DNA of 64,000 bases from Candidatus Paraprochloron terpiosi LD05 (GCA_018141785.1 CP073341.1:879118-943117); one strand, 5' to 3'; counted from the stretch's first letter, positions 30,373 to 40,832 are shown. Notes: generated by a model not told the origin, from the letters alone. Translations and numbers: made by a program.

Positions 30373-31451
30373 TACCTAACCTCGAATTCTCCCTCAATCC
30401 CTGCAAGCAAAGTATCTGCTTCATATTGAAAGGCTCGGTGTTTACCTTGATTATTTCCAATTCTAAACAGACTAATAAAATTTTCCCCTATATCTAATTT
30501 TTGTTCTTGATACACCTGGGTAAAAGCTTCTATACACTCATATGAGTGAGTTGTAATAAATAGCTGCACCTTATTATCTAGTGCCATTTTTAAGATAGCT
30601 CTCCACAGTATGGAAAGTGTACGATAGTGCAATCCATTCTCAACTTCATCAATAAGTAATATTCCATTTTTTCTTTCGGATATTGCAGCCAATATAGCTA
30701 ATATTCTTCTAATTCCATCACCCATTACATTGATGGGAACCAATTTATCAATACCAATATCAGCATAAACCATTCCTCTAGCTCCCATCCTGATATCGCT
30801 TAAGTTGGGTTCTATCTCTCTTAAGGCATTAATTATTGTCTTCAAATCTTTTCTAACTACAATTTTATCTAGTCGGCGATCCAGATCCATCATAATTGTA
30901 CTAGGATTTATAAAACTAGCACGCAACTTTTCATTATAGGGTGATAAATTTAAATTTATTTGCCCTTGTTTTAATCTGATTTCAGCCTCAAAATTATTCT
31001 CTCCATTAATATTGAAACTAAATCTTAATCCTTCAATATCAGCCCCATCGACCGTACTAGCGGAAGCATTGGACAAAAACTCATCCTTAGATAATTGCAG
31101 CTTTCCAGAAATCTGCGGAGAAATTTCAGCAAATTGAGGATATATTGCTTTAATTTCAAGCATTCTCTCTTCAGAATCTAATTCGCCGCCTATAGTAAGA
31201 TTCTTGGAAAAGTCCAAGTCTTTGAACAGATACTTAAATTCTTCATCCTCAGTCAACATTAAATTTCGGAATGAGTGAATACTCAATGGAAGCTGTGGAT
31301 TAGACATTCCTATTAATAAGAAGATAGCTTCTAAAACGGATGTCTTCCCACAGTTGTTTCTTCCTGTAATCAAGTTGACCTGTTTGATGTTCTCAATTAC
31401 TAATGATTCAATTAATCTAAAGTTATGTATGTTTATCTTTTTGAATGACAT
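30372..31451 (-). CDS. ABC/AAA_21-like ATPase (OLD-family-like ATPase without a nuclease domain)
   Basis: It has Walker A GRNNCGKTS, Walker B ILLIDEVENGLH and ITTHS. A long insertion lies between the Walker motifs, as in ABC/SMC-type ATPases. ATG at 31451 is preferred over GTG at 31496. Confidence 0.75.
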   Translation of the reverse strand: MSFKKINIHNFRLIESLVIENIKQVNLITGRNNCGKTSVLEAIFLLIGMSNPQLPLSIHSFRNLMLTEDEEFKYLFKDLDFSKNLTIGGELDSEERMLEIKAIYPQFAEISPQISGKLQLSKDEFLSNASASTVDGADIEGLRFSFNINGENNFEAEIRLKQGQINLNLSPYNEKLRASFINPSTIMMDLDRRLDKIVVRKDLKTIINALREIEPNLSDIRMGARGMVYADIGIDKLVPINVMGDGIRRILAILAAISERKNGILLIDEVENGLHYRTLSILWRAILKMALDNKVQLFITTHSYECIEAFTQVYQEQKLDIGENFISLFRIGNNQGKHRAFQYEADTLLAGIEGEFEVR

Positions 31452-31632
31452 AGTTATTGGACTCGCCTGCCATGGAGCTGCTCTTTTAATCCTCACAAGT
31501 AGTCTAGCACATGGTTGAGTATAGTGATTTGCTAAATTTTACAGGGCTCCTGGCACCAACTCACCAAAATCCCTGGCAAGACTTGATTATCCATGGTTTA
31601 GCCTGAAAGAGAAGGAAAAATTAATTGTATAT

Positions 31633-33870
31633 ATGGAAACCCGTCATTTACAACTGGAAGGCATGGGCTGTGCTGCTTGTGCTAGTGCTATTGAAACAGC
31701 TATTCAAAAGGTGTCCGGCGTTGATTATTGTAGCGTAAACTTTGGTGCCGAGCAAGCCACTGTCGCCTATAATCCAGCCCTCACTAGCTTAGAAAAAATT
31801 GAGCAAGCGGTGACACAAGCTGGTTACCGCGCAACCCCTGTGATGGAGTGGGGAGATTGCGAGAGCTACGATGGACAGGATTTGTTGCAGAAAGTCTGGG
31901 TGGGAGGGGCAGTGAGCACTGTTTTGGTGTTTGGTTCCCTTCCCGCTATGACAGGGGTGTACGTGCCTTTCATTCCTACTTGGTTGCACCACCCTTGGCT
32001 CCAATTGGTGCTCACAACCCCCATAGTAGTATGGTGTGGCCAATCCTTTTTCTTGGGGGGTTGGAAAGCGGTGAGGCGGGGTACTGCGGACATGAATACC
32101 CTGGTGGCTTTGGGCACCGGGACGGCATATCTGTACTCCCTGGTGGTAACCCTGTTTCCCGGATTGTTGACAGCCCAGGGACTGGCTGCTCAGGTGTATT
32201 ACGAAGCCGCCGCTGTGGTGATTACCCTGATTTTGTTGGGACGGTGGCTGGAGAGCCGGGCCCGTGGGCAAACAAAAGCTGCGATTCAGAAATTGATGGG
32301 ACTACAGGCTAAAACTGCCCGTGTGATTCGGCAGGGAGAAGAACAGGATTTGCCAATTCAACAGGTGGTGGTGGGTGACGTGATTGTTGTGCGCCCTGGG
32401 GAAAAAATTCCTGTAGATGGAGTAGTTTTAGGAGGAAAGTCTGTAGTAGATGAATCTATGGTGACGGGAGAATCGATTCCCGTAACTAAGCAAGAGGGGG
32501 ATGAAGTAATTGGGGCTACATTGAATAAGACAGGTAGCTTTCAATTCCGTGCTCAAAGAGTGGGTAAGGATACGATGTTGGCACAAATTGTCAAACTAGT
32601 GCAACAAGCCCAAGGCTCAAAAGCTCCCATTCAGAAAGTGGCGGATAGGGTGATCCGCTGGTTTGTCCCGGTGGTGTTGGCGATCGCTCTCCTCACCTTC
32701 TTGCTCTGGTTCAGCTTCACGGGGAATCTCACCCTAGCCCTCATGACTATGGTGGGGGTATTAATCATCGCCTGTCCCTGTGCCTTGGGCTTGGCGACAC
32801 CAACCTCCATTATGGTGGGTACGGGTAAAGGGGCAGAATATGGCATTCTGATTAAAGATGCCACCAGTTTGGAATTGGCTCATGATGTGCAAACTATCGT
32901 CCTAGACAAAACCGGAACCCTGACTCAAGGTAAACCTACGGTGAGGAACTATGTCACGGTGAAAGATAGGGTAGATAAGGAAGAGATTAAACTGTTACAA
33001 CTGGCGGCAGCGGTGGAGCGTCAGTCTGAACATCCCTTAGGGGAAGCCATCGTCAATTACGCCCAAACCCAAGGTGTCTTGATACAAACATTGCCCTCAG
33101 TGAGCCACTTAGAAGCCATTCCCGGTTCTGGAATTCAGGGCTTTGTGGGGTCCAAGTTGGTACAAATTGGCCGACGAGAATGGCTGGCGGAGTTGGGGAT
33201 TGATTGTTTGGGTGAGGACTTTCAACAAGAACGTTGGGAAGAGGCTGGCTTGACCACAGTTTGGATGGCTGTTAATGGTACCTTGCAGGGTGTCTGGGGC
33301 ATTGCTGACCAACTCAAGGAATCCTCGATGCAAGTGGTGAAAACTTTGCAGCGTATGGGGTTAGAAGTAGTGATGCTCACCGGTGACAATGCCAAAACCG
33401 CAGCATCTATTGCTCGTGAAGTGGGTATCCATCGTGTCTTCTCTCAAGTGCATCCCCATGAAAAAGCCCAAATTATTCAAACCTTGCAAGGTGGAAAGGG
33501 CACCAAGACAGTGGCTATGGTGGGAGATGGTATTAACGACGCTCCTGCTTTAGCCCAGGCTGATGTGGGCATTGCCATTGGTACGGGGACAGATGTAGCC
33601 ATGGCAGCCAGCGACATTACCTTAATCACGGGAGACTTGCAGGGCATTGTCACAGCAATTCAACTGAGTAAAGCCACTCTACGGAACATTCGCCAGAACC
33701 TCTTCTTTGCCTTTATCTACAACCTGGCCGCCATTCCCATCGCCGCAGGCATTCTTTACCCCATTGGGGGCTGGCTGCTCAATCCCATCATTGCCGGAGC
33801 AGCGATGGCTTTGAGTTCTGTCTCGGTGGTTACCAATGCCTTACGTTTGCGCCACTTCCACCCTCGATAG
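31633..33870 (+). CDS. Copper-translocating P1B-type ATPase
   Basis: It has an N-terminal HMA domain ([12 protein letters not shown]), a TM CPC motif ([11 protein letters not shown]), DKTGTLT, and a GDGINDAP hinge. Confidence 0.9.
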   Translation: METRHLQLEGMGCAACASAIETAIQKVSGVDYCSVNFGAEQATVAYNPALTSLEKIEQAVTQAGYRATPVMEWGDCESYDGQDLLQKVWVGGAVSTVLVFGSLPAMTGVYVPFIPTWLHHPWLQLVLTTPIVVWCGQSFFLGGWKAVRRGTADMNTLVALGTGTAYLYSLVVTLFPGLLTAQGLAAQVYYEAAAVVITLILLGRWLESRARGQTKAAIQKLMGLQAKTARVIRQGEEQDLPIQQVVVGDVIVVRPGEKIPVDGVVLGGKSVVDESMVTGESIPVTKQEGDEVIGATLNKTGSFQFRAQRVGKDTMLAQIVKLVQQAQGSKAPIQKVADRVIRWFVPVVLAIALLTFLLWFSFTGNLTLALMTMVGVLIIACPCALGLATPTSIMVGTGKGAEYGILIKDATSLELAHDVQTIVLDKTGTLTQGKPTVRNYVTVKDRVDKEEIKLLQLAAAVERQSEHPLGEAIVNYAQTQGVLIQTLPSVSHLEAIPGSGIQGFVGSKLVQIGRREWLAELGIDCLGEDFQQERWEEAGLTTVWMAVNGTLQGVWGIADQLKESSMQVVKTLQRMGLEVVMLTGDNAKTAASIAREVGIHRVFSQVHPHEKAQIIQTLQGGKGTKTVAMVGDGINDAPALAQADVGIAIGTGTDVAMAASDITLITGDLQGIVTAIQLSKATLRNIRQNLFFAFIYNLAAIPIAAGILYPIGGWLLNPIIAGAAMALSSVSVVTNALRLRHFHPR

Positions 33871-34496
33871 TTATTGGAAGCCAGCGCCAGCGTTCAGTTA
33901 GACCAAAAAACCAGTACTTTTTGCTTTTTGTCCCAAGATGCCGCACAATATATTAACATCCTGAAACGGGGTCTGGAAAACCGGGATGGGGATTTTAAAT
34001 GATTTAGCTCACAAGCTCGAAGATCTGCTTTAAATAATGGCAAAAGGAGAGGTGCAAGATGAGGATCTGGTTTGGCTAATACTGGAGAAGAGAGTAACGG
34101 AAGTGGCTTTTCTCTTGGATTGAGCTGGGGCTGGTCAAAAAATACAAATAAATCCAAAATTCCTCCAAACCTTAGCAGCTTTCCAGCAATCTCAGACATT
34201 AGTTTAGGCTAGGGTTGAGATGGTTAATAGCCCCAACGACTCCTTTATTGTAACTGCTTTACAACAGGATTTAGAAGATTCCTTCGCCACGGTGGAATAA
34301 TTGTCAGCTGCTACTCCAGAAGAAATCTTGATGCCATCGCGAACTTACGAACTGTTAGAGATCAATATTTAACGGTTCAGTTAGTTGAAAATAAGGCAGC
34401 CGCAGACGAGAATGAAACTATCCCAGTTTTAGACTCTGTCAAAGGTGGCTACTATAGTATGATATCAAAATAAAACAAATAATTGAAATTTTGGCG

Positions 34497-35177
34497 ATGA
34501 CAGCTCATATTTTAGTTGTAGAAGATGAACCTCAAGTAGCTCAATTTATTGAGTTAGAACTGAAATACGAAGGCTATCAGGTAACAGTTGCTCATGATGG
34601 CATTTCCGGTTTAGCTGCGGCTAGAGAATTGGAACTAGATTTAATTCTTTTAGATTGGATGCTTCCGGAATTATCAGGACTGGAAATCTGCCGCCGCCTT
34701 CGCGATACTGGGAATAAAGTGCCGATTGTTTTATTGACAGCCAAAGATGAGATTGGGGATCGAGTAGCTGGTTTAGATGCTGGTGCAGATGACTATTTGG
34801 TTAAACCTTTCAGCATTGAAGAATTACGAGCGTGGGTTCGCGCTCATCTAAGAAGGTTTGAAGAAGAAGAAGAAAAGGAATTACTAGAATTTGCGGACTT
34901 GACTTTAAATCGCAAGACTAGGGAAGTTTATCGTGGCGATCGCTGGGTGGAACTCACAGCTAAAGAGTTCGATCTGCTGGAATTTTTTATTTCTCATCCC
35001 CGCCAAGTCCTCAACCGGGAGCAAATTCTTGAGGGGGTTTGGAATTTGGATTTTACAGGGGACTCCAATATTATCGAAGTCTACATCCGTTACTTGCGCA
35101 CCAAGTTGGAAGCAGGGGGGGAAAAACGTTTAATTCAAACCATGCGCGGAGTTGGTTACGTCCTTCGGGAGAATTGA
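34497..35177 (+). CDS. OmpR-family response regulator
   Basis: It has a receiver domain (VVEDE, LDWMLP, KPF) and a winged-helix output (LTAKEFDLLEFF..IEVYIRYLRTK..MRGVGY). No histidine kinase is adjacent. Confidence 0.85.
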   Translation: MTAHILVVEDEPQVAQFIELELKYEGYQVTVAHDGISGLAAARELELDLILLDWMLPELSGLEICRRLRDTGNKVPIVLLTAKDEIGDRVAGLDAGADDYLVKPFSIEELRAWVRAHLRRFEEEEEKELLEFADLTLNRKTREVYRGDRWVELTAKEFDLLEFFISHPRQVLNREQILEGVWNLDFTGDSNIIEVYIRYLRTKLEAGGEKRLIQTMRGVGYVLREN

Positions 35178-35184
35178 TATATAC

Positions 35185-35661
35185 TTATTTTTCATCTCCT
35201 TCGCAAGCTCCGATACTAACCCAATTACTGGAACCATCGAGCCAATGTTCTTTTTTCCAAATGGGGGCATTATGTTTAATGGTGTCGATTGCATAACGAC
35301 AAGCAGCAAATGCTTCGTCTCTGTGGGGACAACCAACTGCTACCACAACACTAATTTCCCCAATCTGCAACCTACCAATGCGATGACGGATTACTATGCG
35401 ATTAGTATCAGGCCAACGTTGGCGGATTGTAGTAGCAATTTGGCGGAAGATGACCATTGCCATAGGTTCGTAAGCCTGGTATTCTAAGGATGATACAGCT
35501 TTGCCATCAGTTTGATTCCGCACTGTACCACTCATAACCACAATAGCACCGTTGGCTCGATCCGAGGCTTCACTATAGACAGAAGCTAGGGAGAGGGGAG
35601 CTAGGGTAATGCCAAAGCTATCTGCTGTTGTTCTTTCTGGTGTGTTTACTAAACTTTTCAT
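35185..35661 (-). CDS. moaE: Molybdopterin synthase catalytic subunit
   Basis: It has the signature GTVRN...LEYQAYEPMA...IRHRIGRLQIGEISVVVAV..PHRDEAF.ACRYAID.IK..APIWKKE. Confidence 0.85.
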   Translation of the reverse strand: MKSLVNTPERTTADSFGITLAPLSLASVYSEASDRANGAIVVMSGTVRNQTDGKAVSSLEYQAYEPMAMVIFRQIATTIRQRWPDTNRIVIRHRIGRLQIGEISVVVAVGCPHRDEAFAACRYAIDTIKHNAPIWKKEHWLDGSSNWVSIGACEGDEK

Positions 35662-35683
35662 TTTAGTTTTAATTATAGAATAA

Positions 35684-36424
35684 ATGCAGAAAGTTCGTCA
35701 ATCTATTTTCTCTCTGGACAATTTTCCCTCTCATGTAATTGGGGGCTGTATTGTACTTTACTTGGCAACTTTGGTGTTTGATTGGCATAATATTGGCACT
35801 GATAGCTTGCAGTACTTTCTCTCCCCTAGCTTGAAGAGCGTCTTTATATTCGGTGCTACAGGAGCTATACCAGTTTTTCAGTTTGGTTGTTGGTGGACTG
35901 TCTTTAGTTCTGGTTGGCTCCACGGTAGTCTGCTTCATATTACTTTTAATATGCTTTGGATTCGGGAATTTGCTCCTAGGGTGGGGCAAATGTACGGCTC
36001 CCGAAGGCTGGTTGTTATCTATACGGTTGCTATTGGCTGTGGTTCCCTTTTAACAAGTATAGCGGGAAGATACTTTGAAGCATTACCCACTTTGCTACAA
36101 GGTTCGGATCTGGCTATAGGAGCGTCAGGAGGTATTTTTGGACTATGTGGAGCATTAACAGCTGGGGGACAAATTACTGGAGATACTAGGGTGAGGCAAA
36201 AATATTTCCGTTATGCAGTTGCTTTTTTTCTTTTTGGTTTGATAGTGCCCAGAGTTGACAACTGGGGACATTTAGGGGGTTTCTTGGGGGGTTACGCTGT
36301 GAGCTATTTGCCTTGGCTGGATCCTCGTAATGAAGAGGGGAAAAGCCACCTCTTGGGGGCGATCGCTTGTTTGATTATTTCTGCTGGAAGTATTGCCCTA
36401 TCCCTCAGACATGGATTATTATGA
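35684..36424 (+). CDS. Rhomboid family intramembrane serine protease
   Basis: It has six predicted TM segments, the catalytic GASGGIFG motif and a downstream WGHLGGFLGG. Confidence 0.8.
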   Translation: MQKVRQSIFSLDNFPSHVIGGCIVLYLATLVFDWHNIGTDSLQYFLSPSLKSVFIFGATGAIPVFQFGCWWTVFSSGWLHGSLLHITFNMLWIREFAPRVGQMYGSRRLVVIYTVAIGCGSLLTSIAGRYFEALPTLLQGSDLAIGASGGIFGLCGALTAGGQITGDTRVRQKYFRYAVAFFLFGLIVPRVDNWGHLGGFLGGYAVSYLPWLDPRNEEGKSHLLGAIACLIISAGSIALSLRHGLL

Positions 36425-36457
36425 CATTAACACTAGGGGAGGAAAATTGAGATAATT

Positions 36458-36874
36458 ATGCGAATGCTACATACCATGCTGCGGGTAGGTAATTTAGAGG
36501 AGTCTCTGGACTTCTACTGCAATGTCTTGGGAATGAAATTGCTGCGTCAGAAAGATTATCCCAGCGGTAAGTTTACTTTAGCTTTTGTGGGTTATGGGGA
36601 TGAGTCGGATCACACGGTGCTGGAACTGACCTATAATTGGGGGGTTGACCAGTATGACCTGGGAAATGCTTACGGTCACGTAGCTTTGGGGGTGGAGGAT
36701 ATTTACCAAACCTGTGAGGATATTAAGGCTAAAGGGGGGAAGGTTTCTAGGGAACCGGGACCGATGAAACATGGTTCTACAGTAATTGCTTTTGTCGAAG
36801 ATCCTAATAATTATAAAATTGAATTAATTCAATTGGGGACTCAAGGTTCTGCTCAACCTTCCTCCCTGGGTTGA
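36458..36874 (+). CDS. gloA: Lactoylglutathione lyase (glyoxalase I)
   Basis: [27 protein letters not shown]...LELTYNWG...GHVALGV is typical of GloA. Confidence 0.9.
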   Translation: MRMLHTMLRVGNLEESLDFYCNVLGMKLLRQKDYPSGKFTLAFVGYGDESDHTVLELTYNWGVDQYDLGNAYGHVALGVEDIYQTCEDIKAKGGKVSREPGPMKHGSTVIAFVEDPNNYKIELIQLGTQGSAQPSSLG

Positions 36875-36927
36875 CAACTCTGTGACAATAGTCTATTCTT
36901 GTAATATAGAACCATTGGGTATAAAGG

Positions 36928-36964
36928 CGTAGGTTGAGTAGAGTGCAAGCGAAACCCAACCTAC
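36928..36964 (-). repeat. GTTGGGTTTCG...CAACCTAC hairpin repeat family copy
   Basis: The sequence is cgtaggttgagtagagtgcaagcgaaacccaacctac. Relatives occur at 59147-59178 and 62699-62730. Confidence 0.7.
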
Positions 36965-36992
36965 AGGTTCTGCTCAATCTTCCCCACGGGTT

Positions 36993-38387
36993 GAACTGCT
37001 GCTTATGAATTATTAGCTAAAACAGATATTAAGCCAATTATATTGGAAATGAGTAATGAAATCGGCGGAATTTCGAGAACGGTAAATTATAAAGGTTATC
37101 GCATGGATATTGGGGGGCACCGATTTTTTTCCAAGTCTGACGTAGTAATGGATTGGTGGCTGAATATCCTCCCCCTTGAGAATAGGTCAAATGAGGAACT
37201 AACCATCACTTATCAGAATCAATCTAGGGAAATATACCATAGAAATAAGGGAATAAACCCTGAGAATACAGATAGAATCATGTTGAGCCGGAATCGCCAA
37301 TCTAGAATTTTGTTCTTCAGAAAGTTTTTTAACTATCCTCTAACTATCAGCCCGGATACCCTATCTAACCTAGGCTTTTTGAGAGCTGGAAAAATTGTTT
37401 TGAGCTATGTTGTAGCTAGGATTTTACCTATCAAGAAGGAAAGAAATATTTTATATTTTTTTATCAATCGCTTCGGAAAGGTTATTTATAACACTTGTAG
37501 CCCAGAAAAATGTGGAAACATCCTTTATCGAACGGTTCCTCTATCCTAAATAAGGTCCCGGTCAGTTGTGGTAAGAAGTTGCTAGACAGGTTCAGGAAGG
37601 AGGAGGAAAATTACATCTGAATACTGCTGTGAGAAAAATATATACCCAGGGAGAAAGAGTTACTGGTGTAGAAGTATATGAGGGAGAAACTGGGACTTAT
37701 CAGCGGGTAGAGGGAGACTATATCTTTTCCACCATGCCCGTCAAGGAACTCATTAGGAGATTGGAGACGGAAGTACCTGCGGAAGTGAGAAGGGTCAGCG
37801 AAGGACTGATCTATCGAGACTTTATCACTGTGGGTTTGTTAATTTCCGAACTTGTTGTCAAGGATGAGGAGAAGAGGGAGGAATTAATCCAGGACAACTG
37901 GATTTATGTGCAAGAACCGGATGTACTGGTAGGGAGAATTCAAATTTTTAATAACTGGAGTCCTTATTTGATTCAGGATAGTTCTAAAGTTTGGCTGGGA
38001 TTAGAGTATTTTTGTAATGAAGGAGATGATTTATGGGGAAAATCTGCGGCAGAAATGGCTAGTTTAGCTATGGGTGAGTTGGTTAAAATTGGCTTTATTG
38101 CTAAATCAGAGGATGTGTTAGATTATACGGTAGTAAAAGTGCCCAAGACTTATCCAGCCTATTTTGGCACTTATTCTGAGTTTGATAAGGTGAGGGATTA
38201 TTTAGATCGGTATGAGAATTTATATCTCATTGGCAGAAACGGCATGCATCGTTATAATAATCAAGACCACTCTATGCTCACTGCTATAACTGCTGTGGAG
38301 AATATTAGGGGCGGGGTCACAGATAAATCTAATATTTGGGCAGTTAATACTGAAAAAGAGTATCATGAGGAAGGAAAAAAAAGCTAA
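36993..38387 (+). pseudogene. NAD(P)/FAD-dependent oxidoreductase (amine-oxidase/UDP-galactopyranose-mutase-like), degraded
   Basis: Homology begins mid-domain ([27 protein letters not shown]) with no GxGxxG N-terminus. Stops and frameshifts at about 37440-37630 break it into ORFs 37043-37549 and 37629-38387. Confidence 0.6.
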
Positions 38388-38805
38388 ACGTCCGGTGAAA
38401 TCCTCACTACCATTGCCCTTAAGACAATTTCTGAGTTATCTTTTCACTGGGGGTAGTGCTACTATTATTGATATTGGAGTTTTCTCCCTCCTGATCAGTT
38501 TTGATTTGTGGTATGTAGCCGCTTTGGGCATCAGCTTTGTTTTTGGGGTATCCACCAATTTCTTTTTGAGTCGTGGCTTTGTCTTTAAGGTATACTGGGA
38601 TAACTGGTTAACTCAGTACACCGTCTTTACCATCGTCTCTCTCAATACTCTCCTCGCTAACTTGGGTTTGTTAAAGGTTCTTGTGGAGGATTTTGGTTGG
38701 GAGAAGATACCATCTCGTATAGTTAGTGCTGGATTTATTGCTGTTTTGAGTTTCACCACTCACAAGTTATATTCTTTTTCAGGAACCGCTTCGGAACGCG
38801 GATAA
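38365..38805 (+). CDS. GtrA-family membrane protein
   Basis: It has LRQFLSYLFTGGSATIIDIGVFSLL and four TM helices, the GtrA pattern. It overlaps the end of the oxidoreductase remnant. Confidence 0.75.
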   Translation: MRKEKKAKRPVKSSLPLPLRQFLSYLFTGGSATIIDIGVFSLLISFDLWYVAALGISFVFGVSTNFFLSRGFVFKVYWDNWLTQYTVFTIVSLNTLLANLGLLKVLVEDFGWEKIPSRIVSAGFIAVLSFTTHKLYSFSGTASERG

Positions 38806-38956
38806 TGGTTGGGAACAGCTATTTTTGGTATCTGCACCTCCAGTTATCTTCTCCTCTCAAAAACTGTTGACGGGAGGATTTATCTTGCTGTTCTCAGAAG
38901 TTCGGTAAGTAAACAAGCAACCTGGAAGCACCTGTTGTTCTTTTTTAAATATTATC

Positions 38957-40366
38957 ATGAATAAAATTGATTTAGCCTTTACTCCAGCTTTAGAACAAGC
39001 AAGACTAATTAAAAATCGCCAGATATCCCCGATTGAATTAACCCAACTCTACCTGGATCGCATTGAACAGTTCGATCCTCAGTTAGGTAGTTTCTATACT
39101 ATCATCGCAGAACTTGCACTGGATGATGCTAAAATCAAAACAGAACAACTAGCTCAAACCGATCCCCCAAAATCCCCCTTTTTCGGCGTCCCCACAGCCA
39201 TAAAAGATTTATATAGTCTATCTGGAGTGCCTACTAGCTATGGCATGCAAGCATTAAGCAATAACATAAGTCAGTATGACGAAGGGGTAGTAACCCGGAT
39301 GAAAAAAGCCGGATTCATTATATTAGGCAAAACCGCCACCTCCCAATTCGGTTCCCTACCCTATACCGAACCCCCAGGTTTCCCTCCCACCCGCAACCCC
39401 TGGAATCCCCACCACACTTCCGGCGGTTCTAGTGGCGGAGCAGCCACTGCCGTGGCAGCCGGTTTATGCCCCATAGCCCACGGTTCCGACGGCGGAGGCT
39501 CAATTCGCATTCCCGCAGCTTGTTGTGGCTTAGTGGGGCTAAAACCAGCCAGAGGGAGAGTATCCAATGCCCCCCTAGGAGACTATCAAAATGGCATCGC
39601 CACCCACGGTCCCCTGGCTCGTACCGTTGCCGATGCAGCAGCACTCTTAGACGTGATGGCAGGCTATACTCCTGGAGACCCCTATTGGTTACCGAACCCA
39701 GAAACCCCCTTTCTGGAAGCAGCCCAGCAAAAACCACCCCAGTTGCGCATTGCCTTTTCCAGTACAGTTCTACCTACAGGAGCTGCGGTAGAGATTTATC
39801 AGCAGGCAGTAGAACAGACAGCCCAAACTTTAGCAGCTATGGGTCATATTCTAACAGAAGGCTGTCCCGATTTGACCCCTTTGGAGGAACCCTTTAAGGA
39901 AGTTTGGCAAGCAGGAGTGAGTGCAGCAGAAGTGCCTCTAGCAGCCATGAGTCCTATGAACGCTTGGCTTGCTTCTCAAACAGGTTCCGCTGGAGAATAC
40001 TTGCAAGCAGTAGCTAAAATGCAAATAGTATCAAGGCAAATTATTACTTTCTTCGACAAATTTGACCTCCTCCTACTTCCCGTATTAATGCACTCACCCA
40101 TGAAAATTGGGGAGTGGGAGCATCTTTCTCCCCCAGAAACCCTCGCCAAAGTGATTGCTTGGATGATTCCTAACCCCCTGGCAAATGCTACCGGACTACC
40201 AGCGATCGCCCTCCCCACAGGCAATTTCGACCACCATGGTTTACCCATAGCCATCCAACTAATCGGTCGTCCAGCAGCAGAAGCCACTCTAATTGCCATA
40301 GCCGCCCAATTAGAAGCAGCAAATCCTTGGATTCACCGACGTCCGACCTTATTTACATCTTACTAG
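38957..40366 (+). CDS. Amidase (amidase-signature family)
   Basis: It has the amidase signature GGSSGGAATAVAAG and GSDGGGSIRIPA. Confidence 0.85.
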   Translation: MNKIDLAFTPALEQARLIKNRQISPIELTQLYLDRIEQFDPQLGSFYTIIAELALDDAKIKTEQLAQTDPPKSPFFGVPTAIKDLYSLSGVPTSYGMQALSNNISQYDEGVVTRMKKAGFIILGKTATSQFGSLPYTEPPGFPPTRNPWNPHHTSGGSSGGAATAVAAGLCPIAHGSDGGGSIRIPAACCGLVGLKPARGRVSNAPLGDYQNGIATHGPLARTVADAAALLDVMAGYTPGDPYWLPNPETPFLEAAQQKPPQLRIAFSSTVLPTGAAVEIYQQAVEQTAQTLAAMGHILTEGCPDLTPLEEPFKEVWQAGVSAAEVPLAAMSPMNAWLASQTGSAGEYLQAVAKMQIVSRQIITFFDKFDLLLLPVLMHSPMKIGEWEHLSPPETLAKVIAWMIPNPLANATGLPAIALPTGNFDHHGLPIAIQLIGRPAAEATLIAIAAQLEAANPWIHRRPTLFTSY

Positions 40367-40457
40367 GGGCAGCGGGGGAGTAGGGGTGATATGATATAAA
40401 TAATCCCTTAGGAGCAACTAAGGGAGATAGTACTATAATAGAGGAGTATCCTAACAG

Positions 40458-40802
40458 ATGGCGATCGCACAGGAAACAGAAATTGCAGAGCTGAAGCGCC
40501 TCATGGTTGCAATGAATCAGAAAATGGATTCCATGGAGGGGAAAATAGAGGCTGTGGACAAGAAAATAGAGGCTGTAGATAAGAAGCTAGAGATCCACAT
40601 AGCCAAGACAGAAGAGCATTTCAACTCCATCGAAACCCAAATCGACACCGTAAAACAGCAAGTGAGTAAACTAGACGAAAGAACCGAAAAACAGGACAAT
40701 CGTTACTTTGGGTTGTTAGTGAGTGTTATTGGCTTTCTGATTTCCGCTTTTATCGCCGTTTTAGTTGGTTTTGGCAAAGTTATCTTTTTCGCCAATCTCT
40801 AA
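40458..40802 (+). CDS. Hypothetical coiled-coil protein with a C-terminal TM anchor
   Basis: It contains a tandem 21-bp duplication (IEAVDKK x2), a heptad-like sequence and a terminal hydrophobic helix. No family was recognised. Confidence 0.5.
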   Translation: MAIAQETEIAELKRLMVAMNQKMDSMEGKIEAVDKKIEAVDKKLEIHIAKTEEHFNSIETQIDTVKQQVSKLDERTEKQDNRYFGLLVSVIGFLISAFIAVLVGFGKVIFFANL

Positions 40803-40832
40803 AGATTACCCCTATCTCCCCATCACCCTATT

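Noticed and set aside
31789-33333. These are alternative-frame or antisense ORFs inside the Cu-ATPase gene (31789-32271, 31848-32312, 31866-32117, 32631-32864, 33109-33333).
   Set aside because: They are shadow ORFs of a GC-rich, strongly supported P-type ATPase gene.
33894-34199. This is a 101-codon minus-strand ORF after the Cu-ATPase.
   Set aside because: Its composition (Pro/Leu-rich) is not protein-like, and the plus strand shows better, though frameshifted, coding-like stretches. I treat the region as a gene remnant instead.
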